Source of the DNA: Eledone cirrhosa | Lineage: Eukaryota | DNA: 64,000 nt | Reading direction: 5' to 3' | NCBI GenBank assembly: GCA_964016885.1 | Contig: OZ024742.1 | Span: 82,770,001-82,834,000 of the forward strand | Shown here: piece by piece, positions 1 through 13,634 of the stretch | How the letters are laid out: each line of letters begins with the position of its first letter | Numbering within the stretch: position 1 is the first letter of the stretch | The notes under the pieces: generated by a model | Database searches by the model: none | What the model was told of the DNA's origin: nothing | What the model saw: the letters and a program-made list of their open reading frames with translations, nothing else | Made by a program: the position numbers and the translations under genes

Positions 1-1345
1 AGCGGTGGCACTGCCGAGAAAGGATCCGAACAAGGGGGATAACATAGATAATTTCAGGCCCATAACTCTGCTAAACACAGAGTTCAAGATTTTGGCCAAG
101 GTGCTAGCAAAGAGGCTGGAGCGTTTGCTTTTTCGCTTTTTGTGGAAGGGACGCGCTCCGATGGTCAGGCGGTCCATATGCTGTCAACACCCACTACGTG
201 GAGGGCTGGGAATGCCGTGGCTGATGATTGCAGACACGCGCTCAGGCTACGACATCTCCACCTCTCGCTCGACGGTGATCAGGTGAGATCGCCGTTTGCT
301 AGACACGTATTTCCCCAGCTCGTTTCCTTGACGGAGCTGTAGTCCTGGGTCAAGCGAAGACCGAGAGGGAGCGCCTGCAATCTGGAATGTCTTCAGGCGC
401 TCACAGCCCTCGACCAATAGGGAAATGTGATCGGTGGAAACTCCACCTCGGCGTTCTATAGAGGATTAGAGGAGGGGAAGAGCGACGACGTACTTGGGGA
501 AACTCTAGGCGTCGACGAAAATCAACTAGACAATCTCTTCGGAAGAACTTTCGGGCCTGGACCTATGGACAACTTCCAGAAATCTCTGGCCTGGCAGTGC
601 TACCGAGGTGCCTTGCCAGTTCGGGATAAACTCTACAGGCATGGAGGTGCCGTCAGCCGGGCATGTCCGAGATGCGCGCAGGGCGACGAAACCGTCCTGC
701 ACGCACTCGTCCAGTGTCCGAAAATTGCTGACGTGTGGGTTTATGTCGAACACCTGCTGTCGCGTGTAGAACGGATCCGGCTATCATCTGAGTCCATCGT
801 GCGGATTGCCCCCCCCCCCCCTCTTCCTTTAGCCGGGAAGGGCAGGCAGTTTTTATCTGTCTGGTGGCCATGGCGTAGAGATAGTATGGTGGACACGTTT
901 GAAAGGGCTGAAGACGAGCACTCACCTCTTCGGTGATGCCCTGATTAACTTTTTCAAATTTCATTTGAAAAGGAAAATCAGGGTAGAGAGGGAAGTGCTC
1001 TCTTCCCAGCATTTTGTTGAAAGATGGGTGAGAGAAGCAAGAATGGCCCGAGTGAATGGGCCGACTCTGAGTATATATCTGTAAACTAAAGGTGGAAAAC
1101 TGGGAGAGGGCACTTGCCTTGGTGGTCAGGGTCGTTGTGGCTTTTTACTGGGCTTTCTCCACAAATGTCCCTCCGAAGTCTCCCCCCTATTGGGGAATTT
1201 TTCATTGTTATTTTCATTGTTATTTTTGTTACATCCTCTGTTTTTGTTTTTTTTACACGCAGAAATGCCCATTTGTACCGTCCTGCATTGTTCTGCACTG
1301 TCCTTAATGTCTACTTTATGTAAACCCTTGTGGTTAATAAAGAAA

Positions 1346-1347
<2 letters not shown>
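1..1347 (+). mobile_element. Tx1/L1-clade LINE, degenerate 3' part with internal deletion of most of the RT
   Basis: RT N-terminal motif (NFRPITLLNTEFKILAKVLAKRL) is fused at ~115 to the post-RT region (ERLLFRFLW). C-terminal CPRC..ETVLHALVQCP zinc finger. 3' UTR ends AATAAAGAAATC followed by (ATT)n. Near-identical to 1513-2743 but with stops and frameshifts. Confidence 0.85.
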
Positions 1348-1384
<37 letters not shown>

Positions 1385-2481
1385 GTCTCACCCAGAAATG
1401 GGCGGAGAGGAAGCTATCCCTGAAAGGTCGAGCCGAGGTGGCTAACGCGTACATCGCGTCTGTCATCTGCTACCGCCTAACCGTCGTACCTTGTCCTAAG
1501 CCTCGCCTGACTGCGCTGGAGCGTTTGCTCTTTCGCTTTTTGTGGAAGGGACGTGCTCCGATGGTCAGGCGGTCCATCTGTTGTCAACACCCGCTACGTG
1601 GAGGGCTGGGCATGCCGTGGCTGATGATGCGCAGGCACGCGCTCAGGCTACGACATCTCCACCTCTTCCTCGACGGTGATCAGGTGTGGTCGCCGTTTGC
1701 TAGACGCGTTTTTCCCCAGCTCGTTTCCTTGACGGAGCTGCAGTCCTGGGTCAAGCGAAGACCGAGAGGGAGCGCCTGGAGACTGGAATGTCTTCAGGCG
1801 CTCACAGCCCTCGACCAATCGGGCAATGTGATCGGTGGAAACTCCACCTCGGCGTTCTATAGAGGATTAGTGGAGGGGAAGAGCGACGACGTACTTGGGG
1901 AAACTCTAGGCGTCGACGAAAATCAACTAGCCAATCTCTTCGGAAGAACTTTCGGGCCAGGGCCTATGGACAACTTCCAGAAATCTCTGGCCTGGCAGTG
2001 CTACCGAGGAGCCTTGCCAGTTCGGGATAAACTCTACAGGCATGGAGGTGCCGTCAGCCGGGCATGTCCGAGATGCGCGCAGGGCGACGAAACCGTCCTG
2101 CACGCACTCGTCCAGTGTCCGAAAATTGCTGACTTGTGGGTTTATGTCGAACACCTGCTGTCGCGTTTAGGACGGATCCAGCTATCATCTGAGTCTATCG
2201 TGAGGATTGCCCCGCCCTCCTCCTTTAGCCGGGAAGGGCAGGCAGTTTTTATCTGTCTGGTGGCCATGGCGAAAGAGATAGTATGGTGGACACGTTTGAA
2301 AGGGCTGAAGACGAGCACTTACCTCTTCGGCGATGCTCTGATTGACTTTTTCAAATTTCATTTGAAAAGGAAAATCAGAGTAGAGAAGGAAGTGCTCTCT
2401 TCCCAGCATTTTGTTGAAAGATGGGTGAGAGAAGCAAGAATGGCCCGAGTGAATGGGCCGACTCTGAGTATATATCTGTAA
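1385..2481 (+). CDS. C-terminal part of Tx1-like ORF2 (post-RT region plus CCHC zinc finger), 5'-truncated
   Basis: Uninterrupted frame. The poly-Ile N-terminus in the ORF track is translated (ATT)n and is not part of the protein. Confidence 0.75.
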
Positions 2482-2743
2482 ACTAAAGGTGGAAAACTGG
2501 GAGAGGGCACTTGCCTTGGTGGTCAGGGTCATTGTGGCTTTTTACTGGGCTTTCTCCACAAATGTCCCTCCGAAGTCTCCCCCCTATTGGGGAATTTTTC
2601 ATTGTTATTTTCATTGTTATTTTTGTTACATCCTCTGTTTTTGTTTTTTTTACACGCAGAAATGCCCATTTGTACCGTCCTGCATTGTCCTGCACTGTCC
2701 TTAATGTCTACTTTATGTAAACCCTTGTGGTTAATAAAGAAAT
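1385..2743 (+). mobile_element. Tx1/L1-clade LINE, 5'-truncated copy in tandem with the previous one
   Basis: Open frame 1385-2481 (LSLKGRAEVANAYIAS...RGGLG...CPRC..H..C) typical of the L1/Tx1 ORF2 C-terminus. Flanked on both sides by (ATT)n. Confidence 0.9.
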
Positions 2744-2750
2744 CATTATT

Positions 2751-2783
<33 letters not shown>

Positions 2784-2784
<1 letters not shown>

Positions 2785-3587
2785 TTTGAGTCTCAGTTAT
2801 TGATGTTATTTAACTGAAATGTTTGTTGAAATGAATATCAAGCCACTACCTGTAGCCTCAGATATTCAGGACGTATCGGAGTGTTCTTGCTGTTCCCAGC
2901 AAGCATGCCTTTTGAAGTGTTCTAAAAAGCGGGACGGGACCTATTTTCTTTAACCATCCTTGGAAACTCTTTGAGATAGTACCTAGTCCGCCTCATAGCA
3001 GTTCCAAAACCTTTTTACCTCCCACTTTAAGTCCTGGTATCGGTTAATTTTCTCCCTCTCTTTCTCTTGCAATCTCGTGTCGAATGGGCAGGGTATATCC
3101 ACAATCAGGGACGATCTTTTTCCCTTGTCCAAAACCACCAGGTCAGGTCTATTATGTTCCAGTTTCTTGTCCGTCTGTATCCTAAAATCCCACAGCACCT
3201 TCACCTGATCGTTTTCTATCACCGACTCTGGCTTATGCTCAGACCACTTCTCAGAATGTGGTAAATTGTTTACTTTGCATAGATACCAGTGGATCACCCT
3301 GCCCATCACATCATGTGTCCAGCTTTTATAGTGAGTCTGGGCTAGGTGTTTACACGGATACAATGTGAGCCACAGTCGCCTCTCTCTCTCTCTCCACTGA
3401 TCCTACACAGTGAGCTATCCTCCTCCTTGTAAATATTGTGTTTCACCCACTTCCTTCTGAGGGCTTGCACTTTCGCAGCCTTTAGCATTCCTTCTGTAGC
3501 ATTTTAAGGTCTCCTCTTTTTAAACAGTTCCATGTCTGTGGATCTCTAAATTCAGTTTTTTTAACGAAGGTACTATGAAGGGCTTTT
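2784..3587 (-). mobile_element. R4/Dong-like non-LTR retrotransposon family 1, 3' fragment (RLE domain)
   Basis: KVLWDFRIQTDKKLEHNRPDLVV..LIVDIPCPFD..EKINRYQDL is a PD-(D/E)xK restriction-like endonuclease. Same 3' end as the copies at 36890 and 41193. Confidence 0.85.
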
Positions 3588-3589
3588 AT

Positions 3590-6020
3590 ATGTGTCTGCA
3601 TTATATTTGTCCACATCATGATATTTCCCAACAAAAGGACTGCCAACAACTTCGAGGCCTGGAACAATGAGGTGCCATCATTGTATGGGCTTCGAAAAGA
3701 CCATAAAACGAGCAGTGACCCTGTCACAGGACCACCAACAAGGCCAGTCTGTGGAGCTAACATTGCTAGTAACTACAGACTGTCCTATTTCCTCTACCTG
3801 ATCATACGCCCCATCATTGAAATGTCCCCAGATGTATGTGACAGCACGGAGGACCTCCTCAGCAGAATCGGCGAGAGTAACCGATCTAGGGACCTAACAA
3901 ACTGCATAATAGGTAGTATGGATGTTGTGTCCCTGTATCCATCTATTGACGTGGATTTTCCTGTGGGAGAAATGCGTAGAAATGATCAGCGAGGGCAATG
4001 TTGAATTACGTGGGATTGATACCAGTGAGCTGGGACTCCTACTTAAACTATTAATAATTATCTAGACACATATGACCTTAGCAACCTGTGCCCTACAAGA
4101 CCATCAAGAGGCAGACCACCTACCATTACCTCAATGGCCAAGAAAACCCCCACAGATAGATGGAACGGATGGACCAGAGCCAAACGGACCCCCTAAAACC
4201 ACGATGAACTAAAGAAAATGATTGCATATGCGGTGGGGGACAGCATAAATTTAACCCTTAAGGAACATATGTTCAAATTTAAAAACATATGCCCAAGAGG
4301 AGATAGCAGCCATTGGTGTTAGCATTGCAGGCGACATAGCTAACCTATTCATGGTATGGTGGGACAGTAGACTTAAACTTAAACTTAAAGAACAATTAGA
4401 AGACCCCTTAACCCTGATAATGTACTACCGCTACGTTGATGATATAAACATCGTAGTTAAAACAACCCCACTAGAGAACAGTCAGCAATTAGAGAAAAAA
4501 CACAATGGAAAGCATCCAGCAAATAGCTAACTCCATCCACCAGACTATTAGAGTTACTATAGACTACCCAAGCAAAGACCCGAACCATCGATTACCTGTA
4601 CTAGACACAAAGCCCTGGTTAGATACCATTAATAACAAAAAACAAATCCTCCATTCCCATTATGCCAAACCCATGACTACCAAATATCTGATCCACTGAA
4701 ACTCAGCTGTTTCGGACCATACCAAAATCAACATACTGATTGCGGATTTGGTACGGGTGATGAGAAACGTGTCCCGCGTGTGCAACCCCGAAGAACTAGA
4801 GAGACACATACAACACTTCATCCAACGTATGCAGTTCTCTGGTTACAATCAGAGAGATAAAATCAGAGTGTATAGAGGAGCCAGAACCAAATGGGAAAAC
4901 ATGGTAAATAATGACACAAATGGGACCTGCCCCTTGTATAGGAGCACATTTTGGAATAGAATAGAAAGAACTAGGAATAAGGCTAATAGAATAAACTGAT
5001 GGTATGTTAGCAATAAATACCAGAGTGTAATGTTCATCGATACAACCACTAGAGGTGAATTAGCTTACAAATTTAGAAGGGCCCTAGATAAACATAAACT
5101 TAATATTAAGATAGTAGAAAGACCAGGTACCTCCATAAAAACACTTATTAGCAAGACATACCCTTTTCAAAGACCTCCCTGTATAGATAAGAAATGTATA
5201 ATCTGTAAATTAAGCCCCCATATTAACTGTAAAACTAGAAATGTAGTATATAGCATAAGATGTACTGAAGGACAATGTAGAGATAAAAATATATTGTACA
5301 TAGGTGAGACAGCTCGTAGTATAGGGGAACGGATAAATGAACACTGGCGAGACCTTCAAGATAGTAAAGAATCATCCGTACTCTACCAACATGCTATAAT
5401 AGAACATAAGGGTAAATTAGAGAACATAGAAATAAAAATAGAATCTACACACAGAAAAGACACAATGTTTAGACAAATCACAGAGGCAATAAACATAAAA
5501 GAATTACAACCAAAATTAAATAGAAAACATGAGTGGAACAGCAACATCACAACTTACAATTAAGGACAACATGAAAACACACACGCACATAGAACAAACA
5601 AACAACCAGTAACATGTAAATAAACAAATAAATAAACGAATATAAACACACACAGACACCCGGATGTGGCGCATGCGCAGACTGAGCACACAATACACAC
5701 ACAGTAACAAGATGGCGTAGGACAGAACAAAGGAGAGGCACAAAAACAAAGAAAAGAATCCCCAATCACTGAAGAGGTCACAGAATGTGTGACGAAAGAA
5801 CTTTGACAATATATAAACAACCATCTGGTTGTGGAACCAACCAACCAACCGGAAATTTATAAATTCCTAAAAGTATAAATTTATTATAATAAATTGAAGT
5901 GAAGGCGCGGGGTGCGTGTGTTTCTTATTGGCAACATGACCCTCCCAAATTATAACAATATCGGATTCAACACATGTTTACAGATAAAGAATCTTGCTAA
6001 ACAAATTCAGAAACGATATA
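3590..6020 (+). mobile_element. Penelope-like element 1 (disrupted RT + GIY-YIG endonuclease + 3' pseudo-LTR)
   Basis: LYGLRKDHK..RPV, SMDVVSLYPSI, RYVDD (4429-4443), NVVYSIRC..YIGETAR. The 3' region 5530-6020 recurs at 16335-16810. Confidence 0.88.
5766..5806 (+). ncRNA. minimal type-I hammerhead ribozyme motif in PLE1 3' region
   Basis: TCA-CTGAAGA-G-GTCAC(agaatgt)GTGAC-GAAA-GAAC-TT-TGA. Confidence 0.65.
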
Positions 6021-6031
6021 TATATATATTG

Positions 6032-6232
<201 letters not shown>

Positions 6233-6424
6233 CTGACCGCAGTTAAAAATTTACTATATTAGGAGAGCATAAGCATCATTATCTAACATAAAAAAGGCTC
6301 CTACGGGGCTAAAACTGTTTCATTCGTATAAAATCATCAGGATTACACTGATGATTCCATTAGAATGAAATATTTCTACTCCTGTAGAAGCCATTTCTGA
6401 ATTAAATATATATATATATATATA

Positions 6425-6760
6425 TGGGATAACAAGTTATCGTTTTAGGTAATCCAGTTGTGAGTACTCTGTACTCAGCTGATAAAAAGAAGCCCTCAAC
6501 GTCCTGTATAGATGGTGCAAGTCGGAGCAATATATATTAAAATAAGATCGGAGGCCATATTCAGTTGATTTAGGTTTATTTAAAACTGCCTTATACATAT
6601 TTCGCTTAGGACTATCAGTTATGATAGCATGAGCTCTTCAATACGGAAAAACCTAAAGTAAACAGGGAAAAATCCTAAGAAACCTTTAAATTTGGGAAAA
6701 TCCGATAATCTCCATGAAAAAGATTTTCTTTTCATGATACATGGGGCCGGCCGAACGCAT
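6425..6760 (-). mobile_element. Penelope-type pLTR fragment, same family as 48633-48920
   Basis: The reverse complement matches GTTCGGCCGACCC.., GAAATATGTATA and TATGGCCTCCGATCTT at 48633-48860. Confidence 0.6.
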
Positions 6761-7094
6761 GGGGTTGTTTCTTCGACGGCTGGCTCCTGTATGACACTAG
6801 GAATTTTGGCGGAAGTATTAGTCTGATTAGGAAGTAACGGAAACGGCTGGTGGCCCTTTTCCCTCCCCTCCCTATCAGTAACTGTTATAGTAGTAGTGAC
6901 AGCGGCTGCTATCATAGTAGTGATCCCCACCTCCTCCCAACCCCATGTTGTCCACAGGTCTGCAATAACTGTGAATATTATAACCGCTACCCAAAATTTA
7001 ACTATATACGAAATAGATTCAAATAAAATAAATAAACTAAAGAATTAATTAATTAAGAAGAAAGGGAAACGTTATATTAATGGGGATAGATTAT

Positions 7095-7280
7095 GGCGGT
7101 TGATTGGCAGTATCGGTGGAGGGTCGGACGGCATGCTTTGACGCAAAGAGTTACGGCCCTTGCCATTCTGAGTTCAAATCCCGCCGAGGTTAACTTTGCC
7201 TTTCATCCTTACGGGGTCGATAAAATAAAGTACCAGTAATGTACTGAGTAATTTCTGACCTTGTGCCAATAGTAGAAACA
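7095..7280 (+). mobile_element. tRNA-derived SINE (family A) with 20-bp target-site duplication
   Basis: A box TGGCAGTATCGG, B box GAGTTCAAATCC, core TTTGCCTTTCATCCTTACGGGGTCGATAAAATAAAGTACCAG. TSD GTTATATTAATGGGGATAGA at 7071-7090 and 7281-7300. Confidence 0.9.
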
Positions 7281-8930
7281 GTTATATTAATGGGGATAGA
7301 ATGAAAACAAAATTATAATGAAGAATATATAAATATATATTTGTGTATGTGTGTGTGTGTATATATATATATTGTAAACCCTATGCTGTTGAGTTCACAG
7401 AATTGTTAGAACGCTTGATGCGATACCTTGTGGTATTCAATATGGGTCTTTATATTTGAATTCTTTAACGTTCACACGATCTCAGATCGCTTCGCAGACT
7501 AGGATTAGTTTTATTGATATTTGCCCTCTTGCAATTCTCCGTAGCCAAATTCCACTTTAACTATACCTTGCTCCAGTGAAGATACATATGCAAAATATGT
7601 TCATAATCCCTGCTAATATCTTGCTTCACTACACGGGGAAATGTTATATTTACAGGCGGAGTGTGTGAATGATATAACGAATAAGTAAAATATCGTTTAA
7701 TATTTCAGGCTTGATAATCAGACTATAATTAACCTGTGTATATGTTTATGATAGTTGTGCGTTTTCTTTTGTTTGTTGTTATTTTGTTTGTAGAATAAAC
7801 CTATTATTTGCAGCCTAGCTTTGTATAAACGATTTTGCCGATATAATAGATAAATAAACTAGATTTATAGGTGATTCTACAATGAAAGTAGTCACGTCAG
7901 CACTTTAAACTCTAAATGCATGGGTTACTATAAGCTCTTAACGCTTAAGAAATTAAATGTTTGTGATATATTATGCTTAATAGCTCTATTTTGCAACTAA
8001 ATAGCATTCCAAATGACATAACGGACTTTAATGTCTATTGAAAAGTTAATGAATGTTTGGCATTGAAGTATCAGGAATAAAATATGGGAAAATTGTAAAT
8101 GCAAAATATCGGCAAATATCTTTCTCTTCGCACTATATTAATAAACGGCATTGGCAATTTTTTAACCCTTGTACGTTCCCAACAATGGAATGGAATTGAC
8201 ATTCTACGCGTAACCTAAACCTGCTGCCTGTGATATGCTGGACGACTGTTAATAGTTCGAACCCAAATAACTGGAGATTTTAGATTACTTTACAGTGGCA
8301 TTAGGTGAGGTGTTTCAGTTCATAATTCTGACACTCCCGTGTGTAGGATATCTATGTTATATTTCTCTCACTTAGAATAGGAAGCATTACATTACTTCAA
8401 AAAAATATTACACGATTGTTTATCCTTCCACTTTAGATTGTAATCCATCATATATATAATTTATGTTTATGTTTCTTCTTGGTTTATTGTTTTAACAAGT
8501 TCGATGCCACATCAACACAAACACACTTTGTCTTCATATGATTTATATATCTAGCTATTGATGCCTGTTGTTGAAATACAAAGTTTCCACTAGAAACGTA
8601 CCAATCATTAGGAACGGAGAAATGATTATGTTTTCTTGTTTTACGGCGTCAGGTTAGGCTATTTCAATGGAAAGTCAAAAACGTCCGAATCAGAAGATAT
8701 TATCGTAAGCGGCATGTCGAGGAAGCTGGCCAGAGAGTGGATGTCAAGAACGTCTACTCTAAATTCGCAAGAGCATTTTTATTACTCACTAATTCAGATG
8801 CCTGGTCTGATGTCTAGCAAAACACACGTGTCAAATTTACGAAGCGTTTTAACACCAAATCTTTGTGTTCATTGTAAGTGGGTGGATATTCATCTCTCAA
8901 CACACAACCATCATTATATATATATACTTT

Positions 8931-9118
8931 CGGGCGGTGGATTGGCAGTATTGGTAGAGTGTCGGACGCCATGCTTTCCAGCATAGTTACGTCCCTTTAC
9001 GATCTGAGTTCAAATCCCGCCGAGGTTGACTTTGCCTTTCATCCTTACGGGGTCGATAAAATAAAGTACCAGTAATGCACTGGGTATTTGCTGGCCTTGT
9101 GCCTAAAGTAGAAACAAT
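8931..9118 (+). mobile_element. SINE family A
   Basis: A/B boxes and core as above. ATTATATATATATACTTTC is repeated on both flanks. Confidence 0.9.
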
Positions 9119-9292
9119 TATATATATATACTTTCAACTCTCTGGCAGAGGTATACAATCCCGGTGAAAAGTAATGACCCAGGCGCATGTTTATTGTACC
9201 TGAAAGCCAGTATTGAACAAACCGGGGACGATCACTTACCGGCAGAGCACAGCTTCAAATCGGGCCGTTTGTTTACAAACGGACCGAACATT

Positions 9293-9428
9293 ATGGCAGT
9301 ATCGGTATAAGGTCGGACGCCTTGCTTTGCAACATAGAGTTACGCCCCTTTATGGTCTGAGTTCAAATTCGGCCGAGGTTAATTTTGCCTTTCATCCTTA
9401 CGGGGTCGATAAAATAAAGCACCAGTAG
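9293..9428 (+). mobile_element. SINE family A, partial
   Basis: TGGCAGTATCGG...GAGTTCAAATTC...GGGGTCGATAAAATAAAG. Confidence 0.85.
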
Positions 9429-9672
9429 TGAAGTGGGATGATATAATACTATATATTTTCAACCTTTCGACAGACTGGCAGAAGTATACAGTCCTGATTC
9501 AGGAAAATGACCCAGAAACATGCTTATTGTTTCTCGAAGCCAATGTTGAACAAACTGGTGACGATCGGTCACCGGCAGGGCACAGCTTCAAATAGCGCCG
9601 TTTACAAATGGACCGAACATTACTATTAATGTTCGATATAACCCATACGTACATATGATATCTATATATGTG

Positions 9673-9715
<43 letters not shown>

Positions 9716-9726
9716 ACATATATATA

Positions 9727-9764
<38 letters not shown>

Positions 9765-9775
9765 CGCTGTGTGGA

Positions 9776-9925
9776 TGATTAGTTTAACCACCATCTCAGT
9801 GTGTTTGGCCTTTAACGTAAGATGTAAGCTCTAATTCTTCTGAATTATTGAGCGCTTGCCTCACAATTCGAAAGTGTCCTTTCGTTATTTCATAGGCTGA
9901 AATTCGATTCTCGCTAATTTTTTAC
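9776..9925 (+). repeat. unclassified dispersed repeat, second copy at 49316-49460
   Basis: shared GTTTAACCA..TCTCAGTGTGTTTGGCCTTTAACGT...CGATTCTCG. Confidence 0.75.
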
Positions 9926-9975
9926 AGCGATTGATATTTTCCAATGCGCCATATATATATGTATATATGTATATA

Positions 9976-10031
<56 letters not shown>

Positions 10032-10034
10032 AAT

Positions 10035-10735
<701 letters not shown>

Positions 10736-11207
10736 TACGTCCTACTTATTGATTCAGTCAGTACATGCTAATATAATACTTTCAGAAACGTATTTCCGTC
10801 TTTTTATCATTGTTCACCACTAAATATCTATTTTCCTTTCTCTAAACAGAAGTATATCATGTTATGTTTTAAATACATATTAGTCTATTTTTATATAGCT
10901 TAGATCCTTAGAATAGATTCAGATTTTCCACGTCCTGATTCTATTAAGATGTAATAAGGCAGAAAACGTATACTCCAATTATATACCACAGTTCGTTTAG
11001 ATTTTTACAATGGAGTTGATACGAGTAAAAAATGTTATAAAAGTAGGCATATAAATGAACGCAATCTTACTTTAAATTATTCCAATTATATTTGTATATT
11101 CTACCTTAATAATTTCCAATGTATCCGCAAACATCCAAAACATATTGAATACACACACAGTTGTGTCTTTTTATTACTTTCTCTTTCTCACTCTGTGTGT
11201 ATATATA

Positions 11208-11264
<57 letters not shown>

Positions 11265-11450
11265 GTATGTATATATGGTTGTATGAATGTATAGACATAT
11301 ATCCCTTACCTATTTAACAATATCATAATCAATCTAAACACTGCGCATTTCTTTGGGCAATTACGTGAATTATTTCACAGGAGTGTATATAGATTTGTGT
11401 GAGGTTGAGTATTTATTAGTGTCTGTCATCATATGTATATGTGTGCCAGA

Positions 11451-11492
<42 letters not shown>

Positions 11493-11644
11493 TTATATAT
11501 ATATATATATATACCACCTCATTCTGGCCACAAGGAATAATTTCCATAAAACACTCCAGTTTCCCTTTCACCAGATATTACTCCCATTATTTTCGAGACA
11601 AATTGACGCTTGAATTTCATACAAAATTGCAAATGCCAGAAGCG

Positions 11645-11977
<333 letters not shown>

Positions 11978-12261
11978 CACATTTCGATTGTACCTGAGAT
12001 GATCGATATCGAAACAATTGTAATATGCCAATACAATTTTAACATATGCTGTAACACTTACTTCGATTCTACTTATTCTATTTACTCTCTCTACACTAGA
12101 GCCGCCTTAACTCTGTAATACAAACCAACTCGAGGCAGATCTCATAGCAGTATCGAGTGGTTTGAACGGGACGCTGCCTATACATGTAGTTACACACCTA
12201 ACACACGCATACAAACACACACACACACATACATACACACACACAAACATATATATATATA

Positions 12262-12388
12262 TCATCAGATAAAATAAGTTGATTCCTGACATACCTTACT
12301 ATGTTGATGGCTATAACTTAGCCATGACTAAGTTATAACCATCAACATAGTCAAGGTATATCAGGAATCCACTTATTTTATCTGATGA
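12262..12388. repeat. imperfect ~127-bp palindrome ending in a hammerhead core CTGATGA
   Basis: TCATCAGATAAAATAAG...CATG centre...CTTATTTTATCTGATGA. Confidence 0.85.
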
Positions 12389-12578
12389 GGACAGACTGTT
12401 GAAATAGCTCAGTACCTCTGAAATATGTAGAATAAAATATATTTAATCACATGCATGTCTATATTTATTAATATTATGAAGTAATATGAATAACTCCAGA
12501 AAACATCAGTACGGAGTGCTTCTAATCTATTGTGAAACTTTATTCATTGATGAACTCATTGAACCTTGTTAAACTTTC

Positions 12579-12581
<3 letters not shown>

Positions 12582-12665
<84 letters not shown>

Positions 12666-12677
12666 TATATATATATA

Positions 12678-12758
<81 letters not shown>

Positions 12759-12773
12759 TAAATGAGAAGATAC

Positions 12774-12811
<38 letters not shown>
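12582..12811. repeat. (TA)n microsatellite
   Basis: direct reading. Confidence 0.95.
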
Positions 12812-12813
<2 letters not shown>

Positions 12814-12924
12814 GCGTATAGATTCAAGTATAGATACATACATACGTACAGATTGCGCCACTTATACTGAGTTTGTTTCAATGAGATAGTTAATAAAATT
12901 AACAGATTCAATGCCCATTAACCT

Positions 12925-13109
12925 AGTAGATTGGCAGTATCGGTAGAGGATAAGACGTCATGCTTTGCAGCATAGAGTTACATCCTTTTACGGTTCGATA
13001 ACAAATCCCGCCATGGTTAACTTTGCCTTTCATCCTTTCGGGGTCGATAAAATAAAGTACCAGTAATGCACTGGAATAATTGCTGGCCTTGTGCCAAAAT
13101 TAGAAACAA
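12925..13109 (+). mobile_element. SINE family A, degenerate
   Basis: A box, core and tail GCCTTGTGCCAAAATTAGAAACAA. Confidence 0.85.
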
Positions 13110-13113
13110 CTAA

Positions 13114-13634
13114 TCTATATACATAAATAGCAATTTCTGACTGTTTTTCTGTTTGTTTGTTTGTTTGTAAACCTAAAACTCAAAAACTACCAAACCGATC
13201 TCGATGAAACTTGACACGTGTGTGGGGCTCATGGCCATTTGATTTCTTACTTAGATTTCATTTTAATCAAAGGGTGAAAACCTCCGCAAGAAAATGTGTT
13301 TCCTTCGATTTATATCATATTTAAACCATAGGTAAATGACAAGATATGATACCTATTCACAAACTTTCAGCAAATGTCATTAATATTAAGACACCCTAAT
13401 GGGCGTTCTATTTATTTCCTTATAACAATACTCAATTTCACTGACAAACATTTTTTCGCCTGACCAATGCAATCAACAATATTTGTTTGTATTATTGTTT
13501 CGTAAATGAATTTGTCTTCGGTTTTGATTATCTGTCGTATATTTTGATTTCATTTTTGGTCTGAGAGGCATTGGGTATTTTAATGAGAACTGGAAATACC
13601 CCCGCTCCTGGGTATTACCGGGTACATCAGCTAG
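13114..13634 (+). mobile_element. non-autonomous Helitron
   Basis: Starts A|TCTATATACATAAA, then a (GTTT)n tract and CTCAAAAACTAC..ACCGAT..GATGAAACTT. Ends with a short GC hairpin (CCTGG..CCGGG) and CTAG|T. Confidence 0.7.

Noticed and set aside
1330-1384. Poly-Ile N-terminus resembling a signal peptide or transmembrane helix on the 383-aa ORF
   Set aside because: It is translated (ATT)n upstream of a 5'-truncated LINE.
6619-6930. 103-aa ORF as a host gene
   Set aside because: It overlaps a repeat homologous to 48633-48860 and has no recognisable domain.
7095-7185. tRNA gene
   Set aside because: A/B boxes are present, but as the head of a multi-copy SINE with a TSD, and there is no clean cloverleaf.
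11990-12027. Hammerhead (CTGAGA..GAT/ATC-GAAA-CAATTG-TA)
   Set aside because: The core is one nucleotide short and stem I is poor. Possibly a relic, but not supportable.
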